64,000 bases of DNA from an uncultured Actinomycetes bacterium (GTDB lineage: Bacteria > Actinomycetota > Coriobacteriia > Anaerosomatales > PHET01), in NCBI GenBank assembly GCA_947085035.1, contig CAMTUW010000003.1, forward strand, positions 27-64,026, given 5' to 3'. This document shows, piece after piece, positions 56,427 through 64,000 of this stretch. Every line of letters begins with the position of its first letter. Positions within the stretch are counted from its first letter, which is position 1. The notes beneath the pieces are model-generated. The model had not been told where the DNA came from and ran no database searches. It saw only the letters and a program-made list of their open reading frames with translations. The translations under genes were made by a program, and so were the position numbers.

Positions 56427-56888
56427 TTACGCCCCTTTTCTGTGCGATTTCGCCGTGAAGCGAAGACCGAGGGCGTATACCTTGCAGCCCACACAAAACC
56501 CCGCCAGCGCCTCGAGCAATGCACACACCACGAGAACCCCGACGATCGCCGAGGCTGCCTGGGGCGCACCCGCCACGTGGAGCAACCCGCCAGCAAGCGA
56601 GAAAGCGATGCCGATACGGGCAGCGAAGCGTTTCGGGGCGGCGTCAACCAATCGCGCCTCCGAGGACAATCTCGCAACAACGCCGCGCGCGATCATCGCA
56701 AGGGGGCTGTACTCGGGCGATAGCAGTCCGCGCACCGCAAAATCGGCCGCCAGCGCGAATAGTATCCATATCGCGACCGCGGATTCGGCCAGAATCGCGG
56801 TCGTTGCCATGAGTACCACGCTTCCGGCGACGACCCTGACTGCACGCTCGTCTCGAAGTTCCCCCGAGATCGGACACGCTGCGTACAT
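56427..56888 (-). CDS. DUF4395 domain membrane protein
   Basis: 153 aa. DERAVRVVAG...four hydrophobic helices...LEALAGFCVGCKVY resembles the C-terminal CxGC of DUF4395. Confidence 0.6.
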   Translation of the reverse strand: MYAACPISGELRDERAVRVVAGSVVLMATTAILAESAVAIWILFALAADFAVRGLLSPEYSPLAMIARGVVARLSSEARLVDAAPKRFAARIGIAFSLAGGLLHVAGAPQAASAIVGVLVVCALLEALAGFCVGCKVYALGLRFTAKSHRKGA

Positions 56889-56982
56889 GAGCTCAACTCC
56901 TCAGTCGCGAAACCATCTCGCGTGAGGTGAGCAGGTTGCACGCCACAATCACGCACTGATAATATGCGTTTTTCCGCGTTAT

Positions 56983-57756
56983 CTATACCATACCGAGGAA
57001 CACAGCGTTCACCAGAGTTGGCACGGCCTGAAGAAGCCCCGTCACCGCGATGAACGTCACGATGCCTGTCACCGCGCGCTTGCGCTCGAAACCGACCGCT
57101 TGAGACAGCAGCGCGGCGAAGAGAATGGCAACGCCCCACAGCACCCACAGATCCACCTGAACAAGCGCCGCGTACAGCACCCCAGGCGCCTCGCTCTGTT
57201 TCGCGGGCGCGACAAGTGCCCCGAGCCCCGAGTGCTCCAGCCACGTGTTGGTCGCAGACATGTAGAGCGTCTGCACGACGTTACGCAAGGCGTGTGGCAT
57301 CAGGCTGAGCGCGGCGACCGTGAGCATCGTGGTGTAGCCAACGGGGTTCGCCCACGTCTTCGCCGCGACGAAGAAGAACGTGGCGATGTAGACGATCGCC
57401 CCGATCGCCCCCAAGACCGCGAACACCATGGCCGCAGTCGCGACGACTCCGCCTCCCGTATTGACGCTGTCCGTAGGCCCTTCTGCTTGGGCTTTGAGCG
57501 ACTCCTCGTAGTCTTTACGGTCCGCCTCGGGCCATTTCGCCATTTCCTCCTTCAACTGGGCGTCAGCCGCCTCCTGACTGGCGACGATCGACATCGGCGT
57601 GCTGACAGACGCCTTCACCGCCACCGAGCCCACCAGAATCAGCGTCAGCGGAATCCACAGCCACTTGAGAACAGCGGCTGCTCGGTCGATCCCCTTCGCA
57701 GGCCTGACCAGCGCCAGTAAGACGTTTCCCAAGGTACTCATGAACCCCTCCATCAC
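56983..57756 (-). CDS. Yip1-domain membrane protein
   Basis: Five TM helices with a long extracytoplasmic loop after TM1. The position and profile match Yip1-family proteins associated with ABC systems. ATGA overlap with the upstream permease. Confidence 0.55.
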   Translation of the reverse strand: MMEGFMSTLGNVLLALVRPAKGIDRAAAVLKWLWIPLTLILVGSVAVKASVSTPMSIVASQEAADAQLKEEMAKWPEADRKDYEESLKAQAEGPTDSVNTGGGVVATAAMVFAVLGAIGAIVYIATFFFVAAKTWANPVGYTTMLTVAALSLMPHALRNVVQTLYMSATNTWLEHSGLGALVAPAKQSEAPGVLYAALVQVDLWVLWGVAILFAALLSQAVGFERKRAVTGIVTFIAVTGLLQAVPTLVNAVFLGMV

Positions 57757-59042
57757 TCGTGGCGAAGCGCGGTCAACGGGTCGAGATTGGCTGCCCGAAC
57801 GGCCGGGAGCACACCGGCGAGTAGCCCGACACCCGCCGCGAACGTGATCGCGAACAGCGCAAGCCCCGGCGAGATGTCGAAGAACGACCTGGTCTGGGGC
57901 ATCGTGCCTCCCGAGGCGGTGGACTGCGATGCGATCAACCCTTGCACGAACAGGTTCGCAAGAGCCGCCCCTGTTGCCGAGAACAGCAGCCCCCCAAGTC
58001 CACCGAGAATCCCGATGAAGGCGGCCTCGCCCAAGAACACCCGCTTGATCTGTCGGTTTGAAGCCCCAACGGCCTTCATGATCCCGATTTCGCGGGTCCT
58101 CTCGTAGATCGACATCGTCATGGTGTTGGCGATGCCAAGAGAGGCCACAAGCATCGCGATGCCCCCCAAGGCGCCAAGCACCCCTTGGATGATGAGAAAC
58201 GTGTTCTTCAACCCCTCTTGCATAGAGCGCAGCGAGTAGGTCGAATACCCCTGACCCTGGAGCTCCTTCTCGACGTCAGCCGCGACGACGGGCGTGTCGA
58301 CCTTCACCGTCACCTGCTCGTATGTGGGGCGGCGACGCGACATACCGTTGAAATCGATTGCCGCATCAAGGGTCACGAAGGCCGACTGGTCCACTTGCAT
58401 GTCGACCTCGGAGAGCACCCCCACGACCGTGAGCTTGCGCTTGACCTCCGCCGGCTCCTGGTGCGCCATCTCGCTGGCCCCCGGGTCCGCTGGTATCTCG
58501 ATGAACGTCGCGATCAGTCTCTTGCCGACAAGGTCGGCATTTTTCAGCGTCGAGAGCCGACCCGCCCCCGTTGAGAAGGCCTGTCCGGCCCCAGCGCCTA
58601 GGAGTATCTCCTTCTCATTGCGGGGAAGCCGACCGGTCTCGACTGTGTAGCCGAGTTTCGCGATCTCATCCATGGGAACCCCTTGCGCGTTCAGGTAGCC
58701 GTCGTGCTTCTTGTAACTGACAGCCTGAAGCGAGTGGAGCATGAGCGCGGGAACTACGGTCTCGACGTGCTCGAGCGTCTTGATCTCCTCGATGGCGCGG
58801 TCGTTCAATGGCTGCTGCTCGGCGGCACCGGGCGCCATCATCCCGCCCATCACGATGATGTGAGTGGCCGAGCCGACGTTTCCCAACTCCGCAGTGATGT
58901 TCTTCTGCAGCCCGATGCCCAAAGAGAGCATCAACACGATCGCGGACGTCCCGATCACGACGCCCAAAGAGGTCAGCGCGAGACGCATCTTCATCCGTCG
59001 CAGGTTCGCACCTACGAGAAATACGAGGTCGCGCAAGCGCAT
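57753..59042 (-). CDS. ABC transporter permease, FtsX/MacB type
   Basis: N-terminal TM, a large periplasmic domain and a C-terminal FtsX 3-TM bundle (ERTREIGIMKAVGA..RQI...F..EA). Confidence 0.88.
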   Translation of the reverse strand: MRLRDLVFLVGANLRRMKMRLALTSLGVVIGTSAIVLMLSLGIGLQKNITAELGNVGSATHIIVMGGMMAPGAAEQQPLNDRAIEEIKTLEHVETVVPALMLHSLQAVSYKKHDGYLNAQGVPMDEIAKLGYTVETGRLPRNEKEILLGAGAGQAFSTGAGRLSTLKNADLVGKRLIATFIEIPADPGASEMAHQEPAEVKRKLTVVGVLSEVDMQVDQSAFVTLDAAIDFNGMSRRRPTYEQVTVKVDTPVVAADVEKELQGQGYSTYSLRSMQEGLKNTFLIIQGVLGALGGIAMLVASLGIANTMTMSIYERTREIGIMKAVGASNRQIKRVFLGEAAFIGILGGLGGLLFSATGAALANLFVQGLIASQSTASGGTMPQTRSFFDISPGLALFAITFAAGVGLLAGVLPAVRAANLDPLTALRHE

Positions 59043-59044
59043 GA

Positions 59045-60016
59045 CTACGACCCCAGTCCGAACAGGGCCTTGATGAAGCGCACCAACCAGTTGCCTGTCT
59101 CTTTGTCTTCAGCGTCAGGGCCGCCGTCAGTCGTGCCATCCACCGGCTTGGGCTCACCCTCGACCTTGACGGTGTGAACCGAGCGGAAGGTCTTCTCGCG
59201 CCCGAAGTCGTCTCGATACTTCGCGACGACCGTGACCTCGAGAGGGCCAGCCTTCTCGGGCGTGATCGACACGTCGATGGTCTCGGCCGATGCCGCCTCG
59301 AAAGCGCCCACGTACATGTTTCCGTCGGTCACGGTCGCACCGGTGGCCTCAACGCTCAGGGAGAAACCCGTCAGCGTGAACCCGCCGGAGTTCGCGAGCT
59401 CGAAGCTCGCCTCGAACGGCTGGCCAACGCGAGCTGTCGCGGGAATCTCGGCGGCGGCGATCGCCAGGACGGCATCGCGCTCCAGCACGAGGCCGATGGT
59501 GTAGGTCAGATCGTGACGCTCGCCGTCGTATTCGAAACTGATGGTCACGGGAATCGTGGTCGCACCGGGAGTGGTGCCGGGACCAGCGACCACCTTGAAC
59601 GTGACCGCCTGCTCGCTTCGTCCCCGCAGCGGCCCCAAGAACTTCGCGTTACCCGTGCCGAGCACGGTCAGACCGCCACCGGGCCCTCCCCCTTCGGGCG
59701 GCGCCCCGGAAGCTCCAGCGAGCGACACCACGACGTTTTCCGCACGTCGCGGCGTCTCGTTTCGGATATCGAGCGTCAGCACGAAGGGCGATCCCACGAG
59801 CAGCCGCTTCGCGGAGGTCTCGTAGGAGGAGACGACGAGCACCGGCGCGGGACGCACGACCGGTGGCGTCGTGGGGTCAACGATCTCCTGTGCGGCCACG
59901 GCGGTCACCGAATCGGGCGACGCTGACGCGAGGCTGGCGAACCCCATGACCGAGACGACCACCGCGGCACAGACGATGATTCCTCGGACACACTTCACGA
60001 CCCCGTTGTGTTTCAC
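59045..60016 (-). CDS. secreted beta-rich protein (CARDB/COG1361-like), ABC-system associated
   Basis: Signal peptide (IIVCAAVVVSVMGFASLASA) and two Ig-like segments (VGSPFVLTLDIRN...; VGQPFEASFELAN...). The family call is tentative. Confidence 0.5.
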   Translation of the reverse strand: MKHNGVVKCVRGIIVCAAVVVSVMGFASLASASPDSVTAVAAQEIVDPTTPPVVRPAPVLVVSSYETSAKRLLVGSPFVLTLDIRNETPRRAENVVVSLAGASGAPPEGGGPGGGLTVLGTGNAKFLGPLRGRSEQAVTFKVVAGPGTTPGATTIPVTISFEYDGERHDLTYTIGLVLERDAVLAIAAAEIPATARVGQPFEASFELANSGGFTLTGFSLSVEATGATVTDGNMYVGAFEAASAETIDVSITPEKAGPLEVTVVAKYRDDFGREKTFRSVHTVKVEGEPKPVDGTTDGGPDAEDKETGNWLVRFIKALFGLGS

Positions 60017-60720
60017 GCGCTGCCTCCCGATTCGATGCTCACTATCGCCCCGTCGACGATGGTGATGATCCGATTCGCCACGGACTCGGCGATACTGCGG
60101 TCATGCGTGGTGATGAGGAACGTGCGCCCCTCGGCGTTCATCCGCCGGATGAGCTCGAGAATCTCGTGCCCCGTACGGCTGTCGAGGTTTCCCGTGGGCT
60201 CGTCCGCAAGCACGATCGAGGGATCGTTGACGGCCGCGCGAGCCACCGCCACACGCTGCTGTTCGCCACCTGAAAGCTCGGTGGGGCGGTGGTCGATTCG
60301 ATGACCTAGGCCGACCGCCTCCAAAGCAGCCTGGGATCGCGCGATTCTGTCAGCCGGCGCCACGCCTGCGAACACGAGCGGGAGCTCGACGTTGCCGCGC
60401 GCGGTCATCGTGGAGATGAGGTTGAACGACTGGAAGACGAAACCGACCTGGTGGCGGCGGTACTCGGCGAGCCGTTCGTCGTCCATGCTGGCGAGGTCCT
60501 GGCCGTCGACCAGTACGGCACCCGCACTGGGGCGATCAAGGCCGCCGATGATGTTGAGCAGCGTCGACTTGCCCGAGCCGGAAGGGCCCATCACGCACAC
60601 GATCTCGCCGTGCTCCATGACGAGGTCCACATCTCTGAGCACCTCCAGAACGGCGGCGCCCATGACATATGTTCTGCCAAGCCCCCTGACTTCGACCGCG
60701 CGGCCCATTTCACCCCTCAC
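60013..60720 (-). CDS. ABC transporter ATP-binding protein (MacB/LolD-like)
   Basis: Walker A GPSGSGKST, Q-loop, signature LSGGEQQRVAVARA, Walker B IVLADEPTGNLD and H-loop THD. Confidence 0.93.
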   Translation of the reverse strand: MRGEMGRAVEVRGLGRTYVMGAAVLEVLRDVDLVMEHGEIVCVMGPSGSGKSTLLNIIGGLDRPSAGAVLVDGQDLASMDDERLAEYRRHQVGFVFQSFNLISTMTARGNVELPLVFAGVAPADRIARSQAALEAVGLGHRIDHRPTELSGGEQQRVAVARAAVNDPSIVLADEPTGNLDSRTGHEILELIRRMNAEGRTFLITTHDRSIAESVANRIITIVDGAIVSIESGGSA

Positions 60721-60803
60721 TCGCGATGCCCCTGAGACAGACTACCCCAGTGCGCCCGAGAATGGCGTGGTGATTTGTGATTTCAGTCACTCTATTGCGA
60801 GGT

Positions 60804-61226
60804 CTACTGGGTCGTGGCCTCGAAGCTCAGTGACTCGATGCCGGCCTTGTCGAACAGGGTGAGCGTCGTGTCGGTCGCCTTGAAAAACGCGGCCTTGCTG
60901 AGCCGATCGAGGAACGTCGCCTCGGCCGCCATCGCGGGCTCGGGGCCTGCCATGAGCGTGCTGGCGAGCTGCCCTACCGAGAACGCGTCGTCAGGACCCT
61001 GCGTGTAGCCTCCGCTGAAACTGTTCACCCCGCTGTTGCCCGCCACCTGCCCGTTGGCGAACTCGAGCGTGATCGCCACGTCGCCCACATCAACCGAACC
61101 GATCGCTGAGTCCGCGAGCTTCCACTGTGTCCCATCCAGCGAAGGACCGCCTGGCACGCAGCCGACCAGGGCGGCGGAAAAGACGATAGCGAGCGCTGTG
61201 ACGAGAATTCTTGGTGACCGCATCAT
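60804..61226 (-). CDS. META-domain (HslJ-like) lipoprotein
   Basis: Start trimmed to MMRSPRILVTALAIVFSAALVGC (lipobox). LDGTQWKL...GNSGVNSFSGGY...STLMAGP is the META pattern. Confidence 0.75.
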   Translation of the reverse strand: MMRSPRILVTALAIVFSAALVGCVPGGPSLDGTQWKLADSAIGSVDVGDVAITLEFANGQVAGNSGVNSFSGGYTQGPDDAFSVGQLASTLMAGPEPAMAAEATFLDRLSKAAFFKATDTTLTLFDKAGIESLSFEATTQ

Positions 61227-61384
61227 TGTCTGCCCCTTCACGAAATGGCCTTTGGAGTTCAGACGCCTCACGCGCAGATATGGTTCGGCGACGTTGCGAA
61301 GCCGGACGCGTCGTCCCCCGTTTGACGGTCTGGGTTCACGGTAATACTCTTGATACCACAATCAATACCACCGAAGGTGATCCT

Positions 61385-61681
61385 ATGGCGAAGACGACGA
61401 TATCCATACCAGACTCCATGCTCGCCGAAATCAATCAGCGGGCCAGCGAGGCCGGCATCACACGCAGCGGCTTCGTGCAAGAGGCCGCCGCTCACTACAT
61501 CGCGGCACTCAACGAGAAGCAGGCGCGCGTTGAGCGCCAGGAGCGCATCGGCAAGGCCATCGCGGGAATGCGCGAGGTCGCCAAGCACATACCGCCGGGC
61601 ACGGACGGGACTGCGATCATCAGACACTTCCGTGACCTACCCGAGCCATGGCTTGCGCCGCGTGAGAAGGTCGAGGAATGA
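61385..61681 (+). CDS. vapB: ribbon-helix-helix (CopG/VapB-type) antitoxin
   Basis: MAKTTISIPDSMLAEINQRASEAGITRSGFVQEAA is an RHH motif. ATGA overlap with the downstream PIN gene. Confidence 0.8.
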   Translation: MAKTTISIPDSMLAEINQRASEAGITRSGFVQEAAAHYIAALNEKQARVERQERIGKAIAGMREVAKHIPPGTDGTAIIRHFRDLPEPWLAPREKVEE

Positions 61682-62106
61682 ACAACCCGATTTCCGTCCT
61701 CGTCATCGATAGCTCCGTCGCGTACAAATGGTTCAACGCCGAAGGCGAGTCGCACGTCGACGTCGCGCTGGAGCTACTCTCCAAGCACTCCTGCGGAGCG
61801 ATCACCCTCGCTGCGCCGGACCACATGCCCTCCGAGGTGATCAACGGACTCCGATATGCGCGCATCGAAGTCGAATACCTGCGAAGAGCGGCGAAGGCGC
61901 TGATGGGCGTCGAAATCGTCACGGTGCCCCTCGATGCAGAGCTGCTCGCCGCGGCGCTCGACCTCGCGCTCGCCCACGACCTGACGATTCATGACGCGCT
62001 CTTCCCGGCCCTTGCGATCAGGCTGAACTGCGAACTCGTGACTGCTGACCGAGCGCAGGCGCGCGTAACTGAGTGCCCCGTGACGCTGTTGGGTAGGTCA
62101 TCCTGA
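61678..62106 (+). CDS. vapC: PIN-domain toxin VapC
   Basis: VLVIDSSVAYKW (first Asp), PSEV (Glu), IHDALF (Asp) and VTADR (Asp) form the four-acidic-residue PIN signature. Confidence 0.82.
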   Translation: MNNPISVLVIDSSVAYKWFNAEGESHVDVALELLSKHSCGAITLAAPDHMPSEVINGLRYARIEVEYLRRAAKALMGVEIVTVPLDAELLAAALDLALAHDLTIHDALFPALAIRLNCELVTADRAQARVTECPVTLLGRSS

Positions 62107-62201
62107 CCAGATGGTCAAGATCTGCGGCGTACCGCGACGCACTGGAGCTGCGTGTACCCGAAGCGGGCACAGCGCTCCTGGCCGCATCAGCGCCCAACGG
62201 A

Positions 62202-62231
62202 GTTGGCCCCCCGATTGCGCGGGGGGCCAAC
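62202..62231. terminator. bidirectional hairpin terminator between convergent genes
   Basis: GTTGGCCCCCC-GATTGCGC-GGGGGGCCAAC (11-bp stem). Confidence 0.6.
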
Positions 62232-62270
62232 TGGTCAACAACCTACAGGACCGTCAGAAGCGGCTGTCGG

Positions 62271-64000
62271 CTACCTGACCTTGACGATGTCGTAGCCGCT
62301 CGACCACGCGCTCTTGTGGGCGGAATCGGTCGGGGCATACGCGCGCAACCTCCAGGTGCCTGTATAGGGCAGGCGAATTCTGGCCGAGTACTTCGAGTAT
62401 GAGCCGTAGTTCGACGCCGTGGCCTTCACGTACCCATAGGCCTTCCACGAACCAGACGCTGTCTTCTTCCAGCGATATACGTGCACTGGGTAGGTCCCGG
62501 CCCTGTGATGGGGTTTGAGGATGCCCCATACGGTGTAGGACTTCGAGCGGGACATGGTCAGCGGCGCCTTGGGCGTCGAGACCCACGCCTTGGGATACAC
62601 CGAACGATCCGCGCTCAAGGCGGCCTTGTTGAACCGGTCGCCCGCGAAGCGCATACGGTACTTCGTGCGCGCCGAGGGCCTGAGCGTACGGCGATACTCC
62701 CCGGCGGCCGCGCCAGCGGTCGCGTTGGCGACATGGATCCACGCACCCACACCGCTGTCCCAGCGCTCGACCACGACCGCCTTTCGGGAGAGAGGTGTCT
62801 GTGAGGCGTTCTCTGTGAGGCGTCCGACCAGCGTCGCCGAACCGCCGTATCCGACTACGATCTCGGAGCGCGTGTCAGTCGCTGTGCCGAGCCCTGCGAC
62901 AAGCGTCGTGGCCGTGTCGATCGAGGAAGACTCGGCGAACGCGAACGGAGACAGACCTCTGACCGTGAAGGTCACGGTGTGTGCGACCGTGTCGACCGCC
63001 GTCGGGGTGATGGTCTCCCACGCGCCACCGGTCCAGTGCATGATCCTGACGTTGCGGATCCGTGCGTCCGGGATCGCCGGATCATAGGGTACGGTGATGG
63101 TGACGACGGCATCATTCGCCATCTCGCCGGAGAAGTCGACGTCAAAGTACAGGCCCATGAAGTGGAAGCCCGTATCCGGGCCGGCCGGAGGAGCGTTGGT
63201 CAGCGTCACCGTGATCGTGCCGGGGCTCACCACGCCATCGATCTTGACGACGAAATCACCGACCACATCAACAGGGATGGTCTTTATGACAGAGCCTGTG
63301 CCTTCAACGGAAGCCGAGCCGCCTGAAACGGGCATGGCGACACGAAGAGCTGTCGAGGTCGCAGATGCGTTGCCTACATTATCGAGCGCCACCACCGTGA
63401 ACTCATGTGACGAGCCGGCGGACAGTCCGACGATCTTTAGCGACATCGCCTGAACCGTGGCAAGGAGCACGTCGTCCTTGTAGACCTGATACGCCCCGAC
63501 ACCGCTGCCGCCATCAGTCGAGGCACTCCACGACAGCGTGACAGTAGACGTCGCGATCGACGACCAGTTGAGGCCAGCCGGAGTACTCGGCGCCGCATTG
63601 TCGACCCAGACCGTGTCAGTGACGACGGCCGAGCCGTTGCCGAGCCTATCGGTTGCGCGGTGGCCTATGTCGACACCGCCCTCGAATCCTGCCAGTGCGC
63701 TCACTGCGAACCCTGCGTCGTAGGCCCGTTCAGACTCGCCGGTCCTGGCGTAGTAGACCGCGTGAACACCTGAGGCTGCATCAGCGGCCTCGATTGTGAC
63801 CGTCACCGGCGACGAGGCCCACTTACCTGACTTCTTGGGGTAAGAGATCGTCGTGTTCGGTGCGGTGCCGTCGCTCTTGATGGTCTCCGTCTTGGTCGCT
63901 GAGACGTTGCCGACCTCGTCGGTGGCCCAGTAGGTCACCTCGACGGTGCCCGCGGGGACCTCGAAGGGAGCGGCGTAGAGGGTGTCTGGACCCGAGCCGA
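62271..64000 (-). CDS. large secreted/surface protein with FN3/Ig-like repeats (C-terminal part; gene continues past window end)
   Basis: The frame stays open to position 64000 (my translation upstream of the listed start gives ...GSGPDTLYAAPFEVPAGTVEVTYWATDEVGNVS). It has recurrent Y.A.D..GN motifs, an FN3-like segment (PSTPAGLNWSSIATSTVTLSWSAS) and a basic Tyr/Trp-rich C-terminal domain. Confidence 0.7.
   Translation of the reverse strand, partial: GSGPDTLYAAPFEVPAGTVEVTYWATDEVGNVSATKTETIKSDGTAPNTTISYPKKSGKWASSPVTVTIEAADAASGVHAVYYARTGESERAYDAGFAVSALAGFEGGVDIGHRATDRLGNGSAVVTDTVWVDNAAPSTPAGLNWSSIATSTVTLSWSASTDGGSGVGAYQVYKDDVLLATVQAMSLKIVGLSAGSSHEFTVVALDNVGNASATSTALRVAMPVSGGSASVEGTGSVIKTIPVDVVGDFVVKIDGVVSPGTITVTLTNAPPAGPDTGFHFMGLYFDVDFSGEMANDAVVTITVPYDPAIPDARIRNVRIMHWTGGAWETITPTAVDTVAHTVTFTVRGLSPFAFAESSSIDTATTLVAGLGTATDTRSEIVVGYGGSATLVGRLTENASQTPLSRKAVVVERWDSGVGAWIHVANATAGAAAGEYRRTLRPSARTKYRMRFAGDRFNKAALSADRSVYPKAWVSTPKAPLTMSRSKSYTVWGILKPHHRAGTYPVHVYRWKKTASGSWKAYGYVKATASNYGSYSKYSARIRLPYTGTWRLRAYAPTDSAHKSAWSSGYDIVKVR

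Noticed and set aside
55963-56526. Full-length 187-aa version of the small secreted protein ORF
   Set aside because: Its first ~70 codons overlap the 3' end of the DUF4395 gene out of frame. Only the part starting at the signal-peptide-like MRRATTMVF... is plausible, and even that is low confidence.

Overview
High-GC (by eye, well above 60%) bacterial chromosome segment, almost entirely transcribed on the minus strand. The eno-ftsB-DUF501-ppx synteny and overall gene content suggest an anaerobic member of the Actinomycetota; that assignment is an inference. Four blocks stand out. (1) 1-13.9 kb holds a cobalamin-riboswitch-controlled, translationally coupled anaerobic B12 operon (cbiM-cbiA-cbiX/C-cbiD/E-cobT-cbiT-cbiL-cbiF-cbiG-cbiH-cbiJ/cobO-cobQ-cobD-cbiB') with three unusual gene fusions. 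A standalone B12-binding protein/TPR/glycosidase-like cluster sits just upstream of it. (2) 17.8-29 kb is a housekeeping block: tRNA-Leu, ppx, DUF501, ftsB, pyk, eno, mazG, a PrsA-like PPIase and mfd. (3) Accessory, visibly lower-GC insertions include an AbiE-like wHTH/nucleotidyltransferase pair with candidate operator repeats (29.1-31.2 kb). They also include an NgoMIV-type (RSDR motif) type II R-M operon preceded by a perfect Cheo/LexA-type SOS box (36.2-38.2 kb), near tRNA-Phe. (4) 48.4-56.9 kb is a large copper-handling cluster: CopA with 3 HMA domains, two HMA chaperones, two cupredoxin modules, a TauE-like permease and a 4x tandem-repeat secreted protein. Its first gene is preceded by a ~130-nt structured leader whose closing 11-bp helix sequesters the ribosome-binding site. 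I regard that leader, the SOS-box/R-M pairing and the AbiE-like cassette as the most interesting candidates. Also present are an odd multi-PASTA protein, an S55 (SpoIVB-type) peptidase, an L,D-transpeptidase, a heme-c sensor diguanylate cyclase, an ABC/FtsX/Yip1 cluster, a VapBC pair and a truncated large surface protein. No CRISPR array, transposase or integrase was recognised. All family assignments come from motif recognition by eye, not from database searches.
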